A DNA stretch of 32,000 bases from Opitutia bacterium KCR 482 (GTDB taxonomy: Bacteria > Verrucomicrobiota > Verrucomicrobiia > Opitutales > Intestinicryptomonadaceae), in the NCBI GenBank assembly GCA_029269845.2, contig CP149973.1, positions 270,001 to 302,000 of the forward strand, read 5' to 3'. Made by a program: the position numbers and the translations under genes. The notes under the pieces were generated by a model that saw only the letters and a program-made list of their open reading frames with translations, was not told the origin of the DNA and made no database searches. Below are positions 19,562 through 25,965 of the stretch, piece after piece (position 1 is the stretch's first letter; every line of letters begins with the position of its first letter).

Positions 19562-20226
19562 TATTTGTTCTTTTCGGACAGTTTTTTGAGCTTGTCGCGC
19601 AGGTCGGCGGCGTCTTCGTACCGCTCCTCGGCGACGGCTTCGTCGAGCATTTTCTGCAAGAGTCCGGGAGTCTCCTCCGCGGGTTGGGCGTCGGGCTGCG
19701 AATCCTCCACAACCTCGGCGTTGAGCTTTACGGGCTGCGTTTCCGACAGGAACGCGTCGAGCGTGTTTTCGAGCGTTTCGTCGAACAGCTCGCCGCCCGC
19801 GATTTCCTCGAAATCGCGCAGTTTTTTGGAGTTGTCTATCGACGCAAAGCAGTTTGCGCCGTGCGTTTTCGGCGTCTTGCCCTTGTGCTCCGTCGCTGCG
19901 TGCATTTGGGCGAAAAGCTCGAAGAGCCTGTTGCCCAGCGCGACGTAGCAGTCGGGACACGAGAACCTCGCGCCCTTTTCGATTTCCGAAAGCGACGCCC
20001 CGCAAGTCGGGCACGAATCCGGGTTTGCCGCCTTTGCCGACACTATTTTCTCTTCCAGTTCCTTCAATTTCGGAAAAAGGTCGAGCGGCAGATTTGCGGC
20101 GTCGAGCGACGCCTTTTCAGCGCACTCGGAGCACAAATGCACCTTCACCTTTTTACCGTTTACGATTTTGGTGATGTGGAATGTTGCGGGCTTGCCGCAT
20201 ATGTCGCATTTATATTCCGTAGCCAT
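19561..20226 (-). CDS. mcsA: McsA-like zinc-finger / UVR-motif activator of McsB
   Basis: CxxC pairs (CDICGK...CSECA and CPTCGA...CPDCY), a C-terminal UVR motif EERYEDAADLRDKLKKL, and its position directly upstream of mcsB-clpC. Confidence 0.8.
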   Translation of the reverse strand: MATEYKCDICGKPATFHITKIVNGKKVKVHLCSECAEKASLDAANLPLDLFPKLKELEEKIVSAKAANPDSCPTCGASLSEIEKGARFSCPDCYVALGNRLFELFAQMHAATEHKGKTPKTHGANCFASIDNSKKLRDFEEIAGGELFDETLENTLDAFLSETQPVKLNAEVVEDSQPDAQPAEETPGLLQKMLDEAVAEERYEDAADLRDKLKKLSEKNK

Positions 20227-20283
20227 TTTACGATTCCGCGCGCGCCGCGCGTTTTGCGGAGCGGCGGCGCAAGTGTGTGCGTG

Positions 20284-21825
20284 TTATACGAGTTTTAGAA
20301 GTTCGTCGGTCGAAGGTATGTCTCTTATGATTTGGGACTGCATCGGCCCGACACCGATATATCGCAAATTCGGCTTGTTGTTTAAGCCCGACTTCGACGC
20401 GACTTCCACGACGCTTTTCAGGCAGAACGCGACGTATTTTTTCGCGTTTTCGGGGAGGTCGGCAAACGAGCGGACTTTCGAAATGTCTTCGCTCCAGCCC
20501 GCAAGTTTTGCGTACACGGGGCGCAGTTTTTTGCGGAGCGCGTCGCAGCGCGGAACGCCGTGGTATACTTCGCCCGTGGAGTCGTCCACATACGAAGTGC
20601 ACACAAGCAGGTCGCCGTTCCAATCGCCGGAGTACGACAGCGCGTCGAGCTTGTTTATTACGATGTCTTCGTAGCCGCCGTAGCGGAGCGCGTCGCCCTT
20701 TTCGACGGCGTCGAACCAGCCGACCATGCGCTGGCGGCCGGTGCTTGTGCCGTATTCGAGCTTTTTGAGCTTCTGGGCGAGCGGGTGGGCGTCGTCCATT
20801 TGCGTGAGGAAGACGTGCGTGCCTACTTTCGTGTCGTAAGCCTTGCAGCAGCCGAGCGTGTGGACCGCGCGGAGCGGAATGCACGCGCTTTCGAAAAATT
20901 CGGGAACGCCCGTGTGCGACGCCGTTACATTGGGCGCAAAGCCGTGGCGTTTGTCGAGCCAGTACGACTGCCCGTATTCGCCGACGATATACCTGCCCTC
21001 CGACAGCGCTTTCAGGCAGATTTCGCGCACGTCGCCGATGTTCTTTGCAAGTTTCCGTCCAGCCGACCAATATTCTTCCACAACCGCGTCGATATTGATT
21101 TCGAAGGGATTTGCGCCCATGAATTTTTTGAAGTCGAAGTCCGACTCCGCAAACACGCCGTCTTTGATTGCGTCGGCGTTTGCCCTAAGTTCCGCGTTTG
21201 TGAGCTTTTCGAAAAACTGCGCCCACTTTTCGGGCGACACTTTGCAGACGTATTTTATTGTGTCGCAGGCGCGGGTGAGTTTTGCGGAAAGTTTGCGGGC
21301 AAAGTCTTCTTTGTGTCCGAGAAATTCGGCGTAGCAAATTTGGAACTGGCTGACTTCGTCGGCGTAGGACGGCGTGATGCCCCTGCCCGTCGAGCCGCGC
21401 GGCTCGTCTTTGAGGACGTTTACGCGGTAGTCTTCCCACGCGAGGTCGAGAAGTCTGTGTCCGAGGTCGGACATCATTGTGCGTTCGTCGATTACGAGTC
21501 TGTCGAAAATTTTGTATCCGCGTTTTTCGAGCGGCGCGCCCTCCCAGATGAATTTGCGGGGGTCGGCAACAACGCCCGCGCCGATTGCCAGCGTTTCGAC
21601 GTCGTTTTCTATCACGCCTGCGGGGAGGAGGTTGAGTTTGACGCCGCCGGCGGTGTGTCCCGAATTTGCGCCGCCGTTTACTTTGATTACGATGGCGGCG
21701 ATATTTTTCCGTCCCGTTTTCGATTTGAGTTCGTCTATGACTTCGTAGACGAGGCGTCCCTTACCTTCGTCGCCCATGCTGATTCCGACATCGGCGATAA
21801 TCTGACTTTTAAATTCCGTAAGCAT
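20284..21825 (-). CDS. purA: Adenylosuccinate synthetase, long divergent form (513 aa)
   Basis: GDEGKGRLV (P-loop), [24 protein letters not shown] (for FEGAQG), [28 protein letters not shown]. The catalytic and aspartate-binding positions appear retained. The protein is clearly longer and more divergent than canonical PurA of about 430 aa. Confidence 0.8.
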   Translation of the reverse strand: MLTEFKSQIIADVGISMGDEGKGRLVYEVIDELKSKTGRKNIAAIVIKVNGGANSGHTAGGVKLNLLPAGVIENDVETLAIGAGVVADPRKFIWEGAPLEKRGYKIFDRLVIDERTMMSDLGHRLLDLAWEDYRVNVLKDEPRGSTGRGITPSYADEVSQFQICYAEFLGHKEDFARKLSAKLTRACDTIKYVCKVSPEKWAQFFEKLTNAELRANADAIKDGVFAESDFDFKKFMGANPFEINIDAVVEEYWSAGRKLAKNIGDVREICLKALSEGRYIVGEYGQSYWLDKRHGFAPNVTASHTGVPEFFESACIPLRAVHTLGCCKAYDTKVGTHVFLTQMDDAHPLAQKLKKLEYGTSTGRQRMVGWFDAVEKGDALRYGGYEDIVINKLDALSYSGDWNGDLLVCTSYVDDSTGEVYHGVPRCDALRKKLRPVYAKLAGWSEDISKVRSFADLPENAKKYVAFCLKSVVEVASKSGLNNKPNLRYIGVGPMQSQIIRDIPSTDELLKLV

Positions 21826-22045
21826 TGCGTTTCCTGTTTAATAAATCAATCCGACAAGATTGAAGTTTTACGGGCATTTTACAACCCCATTTTTCAAAAA
21901 ATTTCCGCTTTTTGCGCGAAAAGTCGGAAAATCGGGCGGAGGGGGCGGGCTATCTTGACAAAAGCGGAGGGAGGGGACGGAGGAGGCTTTTTCGCACAAG
22001 GGGTGCGAGGGAGGGCAAAAAAGAGGAGGAAGGGAAATTTTCCAT

Positions 22046-22084
22046 TTGACAAATCATAATTCAAACTCAATATCACATTATAAT
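22046..22084 (+). promoter_or_regulatory. Candidate promoter elements for the cassette (uncertain pairing)
   Basis: TTGACA at 22046-22051 and a perfect TATAAT at 22079-22084 lie in an AT-rich patch 30 nt upstream of ATG 22114. Their spacing (27 nt) is too long for a single sigma70 promoter, so at most one of them is used with a weak partner. Confidence 0.25.
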
Positions 22085-22113
22085 TTCCATTCAACTTTTC
22101 CCGCGCCCTTCAA

Positions 22114-22374
22114 ATGAAAGTGAGAGTTTGGTACAGCCAAATCGAACGCTCGGACGAAAACTCCTCGGTGCTTCTCGTCGGCGGAAAGCGCGTCGAGCTT
22201 CCGAACGACGCCTTCAAGACGGGCGCGCGCAACTCGGTGATTCTCGAAAAGTCTATAGCCGAAAAGCACGGGCTCAGGTGGAAGCTGCTTTTCCACATTC
22301 CGCCGAAAATCGCTCCCGTCTACAACCAGATTTGCATAGATGAACTTAGAATCAAACCAACGGTCGGCTGTTGA
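22114..22374 (+). CDS. Small hypothetical protein (86 aa), first ORF of the cassette
   Basis: GC3-rich codon usage matches that of real genes here. It overlaps the helicase start by 35 nt in a different frame. I recognise no motif and see no clear Shine-Dalgarno sequence. Confidence 0.45.
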   Translation: MKVRVWYSQIERSDENSSVLLVGGKRVELPNDAFKTGARNSVILEKSIAEKHGLRWKLLFHIPPKIAPVYNQICIDELRIKPTVGC

Positions 22375-23584
22375 AAAGCTGTCGAAGCTTCGCGCGGGCG
22401 CGTTGTTCATGAAGATGGGTTCGGGCAAAACAAAGGTTGCGTGCGACCTCGTAAGGCTCAGGCTCGGAAACATCGACGCCGTTATCTGGATTGCCCCCGC
22501 CTCGCTCTTGAAGTCGGCAAGGTATCTGTCGGAAATAGAAAAGTGGTCTGCGGGCTTTTTCGGACTGATTTTCTTCTTTTCCACGGAAAGCGTTTCGCAG
22601 AGCGACTCGAAATACCTCGAAATGCGCAAAATTGCGGAGTCGCGCCGCGTCTTCTGCATTGTGGACGAAAGCATTTTCATAAAAAATACAAAGGCCCTGC
22701 GCACGCGCCGCCTTTTGGGAGACTACCACCTTTTCGATTTCAGGATTATCCTAAACGGCACGCCAATCACGAAAAGCCTGCTCGACCTCTACGCGCAGAT
22801 TTCGTTCCTCTCGCCCAACATTCTCAAAATGACCGAGCGGCAGTTCGCCGACAATTTCCTCGTCTATTTCTTCGACGGAATCGACCCCTTCCCGTGGCGC
22901 AGGTGGTCGAAACCCGCGAATGTGGAGGCTCTCGCCGAAATCATCAAGCCCTACGTTTTCGACGCAGACTTCGACAACGAGTGCCGCATTAGAGTCTATA
23001 ACCGCGAGTTCGACCTCGATTCCGCCGAGCGCAGACGCTATTCCGACTTCAAGCGGAAATACCTCAACGGCAAATTCTACGTCTGCTTTTTTTCGGTCGC
23101 GCAGGCGTTCCAGCACGCGTACACGGTATCGTGCAAGGCTAAGTTTTGCGCGGCGATAGAAATCGTCAACAGGATACTCGACCGCGGCGAGAAAGTCGTG
23201 ATTTTCGCGAAGTTCGTGGCGGAGGCGCAAATGCTGAACAGGACATTCGGCGGGCTTGTCTACATGGGCGGCAGAAAGGACGACCTCTCGCTTTTCGAAA
23301 CAGAAGAAAGCGTGCTCGTCTGCACCTACGGAGTCGGAAGCATGGGACTGAACCTCCAATGCGCAAACAACGTCGTCTTCTATTCGCAGACTTTCGACTA
23401 CAAGGAAAAGGAACAGGCGACGCACAGAATTTTCAGGACGGGACAGACAAAAACCGTCAACGTCTACAACCTCTGGATTAACACGGGGCTTGAAGACATC
23501 ATAAAGTACAGTCTCGACAGAAAACGCGACCTGCTCGAAATGTTCGAGCGCGTAATCACCGCGCAGGAGGCGCAAAAACTTTGA
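22340..23584 (+). CDS. Compact SNF2-family helicase/translocase (414 aa)
   Basis: An ordered SNF2 motif set is present. Q-like LESNQRSAVEKL; I MGSGKT; Ia IWIAPASLL; II IVDESIFIKN; III LNGTPITKSLLDLY; IV KVVIFAKF; V GVGSMGLNLQCANNVVFY; VI QATHRIFRTGQTKTVNVYNL. Confidence 0.85.
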   Translation: MNLESNQRSAVEKLSKLRAGALFMKMGSGKTKVACDLVRLRLGNIDAVIWIAPASLLKSARYLSEIEKWSAGFFGLIFFFSTESVSQSDSKYLEMRKIAESRRVFCIVDESIFIKNTKALRTRRLLGDYHLFDFRIILNGTPITKSLLDLYAQISFLSPNILKMTERQFADNFLVYFFDGIDPFPWRRWSKPANVEALAEIIKPYVFDADFDNECRIRVYNREFDLDSAERRRYSDFKRKYLNGKFYVCFFSVAQAFQHAYTVSCKAKFCAAIEIVNRILDRGEKVVIFAKFVAEAQMLNRTFGGLVYMGGRKDDLSLFETEESVLVCTYGVGSMGLNLQCANNVVFYSQTFDYKEKEQATHRIFRTGQTKTVNVYNLWINTGLEDIIKYSLDRKRDLLEMFERVITAQEAQKL

Positions 23585-24867
23585 AGCAATATCTCGACAA
23601 AAACGTTTACGAAGCCGCAACGGAGCGCATGGAATTCATCTTCGACAATTTCGAGCGCGTCTACGTCTCGTTTTCGGGCGGAAAAGACAGCTCGGTTGTG
23701 CTCAACCTCGCGCTCGACTGCATGCGGCGGAAAAAAATCAAAAAAAAGCTCGGCGTGCTCTTCATAGACTTGGAGGGACAGTACCTTACAACGATAGACT
23801 ACATCAGGGAGACGCTTCTCGAAAACGCCGACATGCTCGACGTCTACTGGTGCTGCCTGCCGCTCACCCTCCGCAACGCCGTCAGCGTCTTTTCGCCGTT
23901 CTGGACTTGCTGGGACTTGGACGAGCGCGACAAGTGGATTCGCGAATACCCCGACTATCCCAATCTCGCCACAGAGCAAAACAATCCATTCCCGTTTTTC
24001 CAAAAGAAAATGGAGTTCGAAGAGTTCGTCCCCGCTTTCGGCAAATGGTACTCCAACGGGCAAAAGACCGCGTGCCTTGTCGGAATCCGCTCCGACGAGA
24101 GCCTAAACCGATACCGCACTATCCGCAACTATGTAAAGGAAACCCTCGACGGCAAAAACTGGACGACGAAAATTACCGACACCCTCTACAACGCCTACCC
24201 CATCTACGACTGGAACGTCCGCGACGTGTGGGTCGCCAACGGCAGGCTCGGCTGGAAGTACAACAGGCTCTACGACCTCTTCTACAAGGCGGGCGTGCCG
24301 CTCGCCTCCCAGCGCATTTGCCAGCCCTACGGCGACGACCAGCGCAAGGGGCTTAACCTCTACCGCGTCATAGAGCCTGACACTTGGGCGAAAGTCGTCA
24401 ACCGCGTAAGCGGCGCGAATTTCGGCAACATCTACTGCGGAAACCGAATCATGGGCTATCGCAATGTCAAACTGCCGCAGGGGCACACTTGGAAAAGCTA
24501 CTGCAAGCTGCTTCTTGCAACCCTCCCGCCCGAACTTGCCGCCCACTACAAGGCGAAGTTCAAACGCTTCATCTGGTGGTGGCACAAAAAAGGCTCGCCC
24601 GTCGGCGGCGAATTTATCGGCGACCTCCCGCCCGAAGCGAAAATTACCGACAGAAAATCGCCCTCGAACGAGCCTATCGTGCGCTACTCCAAAATTCCCG
24701 ACCACATCGACAACGGCTTCGAGCAGAAAAAGCTCGCCCCGTCTTGGCGGCGCATGTGCATTTGCATTCTCAAAAACGACCACCTCTGTTCGGGGCTGAG
24801 TTTCTCGCAGACAAAGCACCAACAGGAAAAAATGAGAAACCTTCTGGAAAAATATAAAAATTTATGA
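23581..24867 (+). CDS. PP-loop ATP pyrophosphatase of the PAPS-reductase family with an extended C-terminal domain (IbrA-like)
   Basis: PP-loop VYVSFSGGKDSSVVLNL near the N-terminus, followed by a C-terminal extension of roughly 200 aa. The CysH-type C-terminal ECGLH motif is not seen. The TTG start overlaps the helicase TGA (TTGA at 23581-23584); an internal ATG at 23629 is an alternative start. Confidence 0.85.
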   Translation: MKQYLDKNVYEAATERMEFIFDNFERVYVSFSGGKDSSVVLNLALDCMRRKKIKKKLGVLFIDLEGQYLTTIDYIRETLLENADMLDVYWCCLPLTLRNAVSVFSPFWTCWDLDERDKWIREYPDYPNLATEQNNPFPFFQKKMEFEEFVPAFGKWYSNGQKTACLVGIRSDESLNRYRTIRNYVKETLDGKNWTTKITDTLYNAYPIYDWNVRDVWVANGRLGWKYNRLYDLFYKAGVPLASQRICQPYGDDQRKGLNLYRVIEPDTWAKVVNRVSGANFGNIYCGNRIMGYRNVKLPQGHTWKSYCKLLLATLPPELAAHYKAKFKRFIWWWHKKGSPVGGEFIGDLPPEAKITDRKSPSNEPIVRYSKIPDHIDNGFEQKKLAPSWRRMCICILKNDHLCSGLSFSQTKHQQEKMRNLLEKYKNL

Positions 24868-25376
24868 CAGACAAACCGAAAAGTCCCGTGTACGGCGTCC
24901 GCGCCGTGCCGGTAGAGAAAATCAGGGCGAACTGCTACAACCCCAACAAGGTAGCCCCGCCCGAAATGAAGCTCCTTTACGACTCAATCAAAGAGGACGG
25001 CTACACCCAGCCCATCGTCTGCTACTACCTGAAAGACGAGGACGTTTACGAAGTCGTGGACGGTTTCCACCGCTTCCGAATCATACAAATCCACCCCGAC
25101 ATCTACGAGCGCGAAAACGGCATGCTACCCGTGGTAGTCATCGACCGCCCAATCGACGACCGCATGGCGTCAACTATCCGCCACAACCGCGCCCGAGGCT
25201 CGCACGACGTTGACCTTATGAGCAACATCGTAGCCGAACTCACCGAAATGGGTAAGTCGAACGCGTGGATTTCAAAACACCTCGGCATGAGCGCAGACGA
25301 AATCCTCCGCCTTAAACAAATTACTGGCATCGCCGCCCTCTTCAAAGATACCCCCTTCTCCAAATCTTGGCTCTAG
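24864..25376 (+). CDS. ParB/sulfiredoxin-fold N-terminal domain protein with C-terminal HTH (IbrB-like)
   Basis: VPVEKIRANCYNPNKVAPPEMKLLYDSIKEDGYTQPIVC...YEVVDGFHRFRI is a ParB N-domain with the DGxHR box, followed by IRHNRARG. The C-terminal GKSNAWISKHLGMSADEILRLKQ is HTH-like. The start overlaps the upstream stop (ATGA at 24864-24867). Confidence 0.85.
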   Translation: MTDKPKSPVYGVRAVPVEKIRANCYNPNKVAPPEMKLLYDSIKEDGYTQPIVCYYLKDEDVYEVVDGFHRFRIIQIHPDIYERENGMLPVVVIDRPIDDRMASTIRHNRARGSHDVDLMSNIVAELTEMGKSNAWISKHLGMSADEILRLKQITGIAALFKDTPFSKSWL

Positions 25377-25392
25377 GCAGGCTGCAGCCTGC
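25377..25392. repeat. Perfect 16-bp palindrome GCAGGCTGCAGCCTGC
   Basis: It begins 1 nt after the TAG stop of the ParB-like gene. A near copy lies at 25560-25576. Confidence 0.9.
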
Positions 25393-25401
25393 ACGGCGCA
25401 G

Positions 25402-25454
25402 ATGGGGGCTTGCCCCCATGAGGCGGATTTTGCTTTGCAAAATTCCTCCGCCTC
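25402..25454. other. Two adjacent GC-rich hairpins
   Basis: ATGGGGGC-TT-GCCCCCAT (25402-25419) is a perfect 8-bp inverted repeat. GAGGCGGA(25420-25427)...TCCGCCTC(25447-25454) encloses the inner TTTTGC-TTT-GCAAAA. No U-run follows on either strand. Confidence 0.8.
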
Positions 25455-25559
25455 CGCCCCCAATCGCGAGCCGCGCCACTCGTCGGAACTTCGGGTGCGG
25501 GTCGCACCTCCCTACAGAGCTTCGCTCCTTTCTGTGATTAAACGGCGCGGCTATAACCG

Positions 25560-25576
25560 ACAGGCTGGCAGCCTGT
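25560..25576. repeat. 17-bp palindrome ACAGGCTG-G-CAGCCTGT (near copy of 25377-25392)
   Basis: It shares the CAGGCTG/CAGCCTG arms with the first palindrome. It is flanked by one of two copies of ACGGCGCGGCTATAACCG (25542-25559 and 25611-25628). Confidence 0.85.
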
Positions 25577-25612
25577 ACGGCAACGGAACTTCGTTCCTTA
25601 TAGTTATAATAC

Positions 25613-25636
25613 GGCGCGGCTATAACCGCGCCTTTT
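25613..25636 (+). terminator. Candidate terminator of the cassette transcript
   Basis: ggcgcgg / ctataa / ccgcgcc gives a 7-bp GC stem, then TTTT. This is the first hairpin followed by a T-run downstream of the ParB-like gene. Confidence 0.5.
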
Positions 25637-25736
25637 CTATATCAGTCCGTATTGGCTTCGCCAATTACTACGCTTGGGATATACTTAATATTTTAAAGAA
25701 ACAGAGATAAAACAGATGCGCTTTGCGCGGAGAAAT

Positions 25737-25756
25737 AAAAAAAAGCGGATTTCCGC
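25737..25756 (-). terminator. Weak intrinsic terminator downstream of rho
   Basis: The minus strand reads GCGG-AAAU-CCGC followed by U8. The stem is only 4 bp and is nested inside a larger 8-bp stem (25727-25734 / 25766-25773). Confidence 0.35.
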
Positions 25757-25841
25757 AAACACAGATTCTCCGCTTACCAATCAACTCTACTTTTCTCCCA
25801 GCGCACTCTAAAAACCTTTGTGCGTTAGCACTGTAATTTTA

Positions 25842-25964
25842 GGCGCGTCAAAGTGCTTTCATAAGGGTGGCTTTCCTGTGCACGCAGGGCGCGTGGCGTA
25901 CTTATCGTACGCGAGCGGTCTGCGGGTACAGGGAAACGCCCTTAGGGAAGTGCTTTCACGCGCC
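25842..25964. other. Structured ~125-nt element abutting the rho stop codon (3'UTR structure or small RNA)
   Basis: An outer 7-bp stem pairs ggcgcgt (25842-25848) with acgcgcc (25958-25964). An 11-nt direct repeat aagtgctttca occurs at 25851-25861 and 25948-25958. A central imperfect hairpin spans 25875-25932: 13-bp base with 2 mismatches, and an apical gcgtac/gtacgc stem with a 5-nt loop. Confidence 0.4.
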
Positions 25965-25965
25965 G

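Noticed and set aside
19562-20014. 151-aa N-terminal extension of the mcsB ORF in the track
   Set aside because: The extension is extremely Arg-rich and runs out of frame across mcsA. The ATG at 19561 overlaps the mcsA stop (TAATG) and gives a normal McsB N-terminus.
20560-22059. 499-aa + strand ORF antisense to purA, extending into the intergenic region
   Set aside because: Shadow ORF. The adenylosuccinate synthetase motifs are on the minus strand.
22046-22084. TTGACA plus TATAAT read as a single canonical sigma70 promoter
   Set aside because: The hexamers are 27 nt apart, far from the 17 +/- 1 optimum. They are kept only as separate low-confidence candidate elements.
22078-22704. 208-aa minus-strand ORF overlapping the small ORF and the helicase 5' region
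   Set aside because: The + strand carries helicase motifs I, Ia and II here and shows native GC3 codon bias. The minus-strand translation has no motifs.
25402-25710. 102-aa + strand ORF across the palindrome cluster (repeated RRGYNR peptides)
   Set aside because: The peptide repeats mirror the DNA repeats and hairpins. Codon usage is atypical and the ORF runs through a terminator-like hairpin, so it is most likely non-coding.
25842-25964. Identification of the rho-proximal structured element as SRP (4.5S) RNA or 6S RNA
   Set aside because: I could not find the conserved SRP domain IV sequence or a GNRA tetraloop. I also cannot verify a 6S-type central bubble by eye, so it is left as an unclassified structure pending an Rfam scan.
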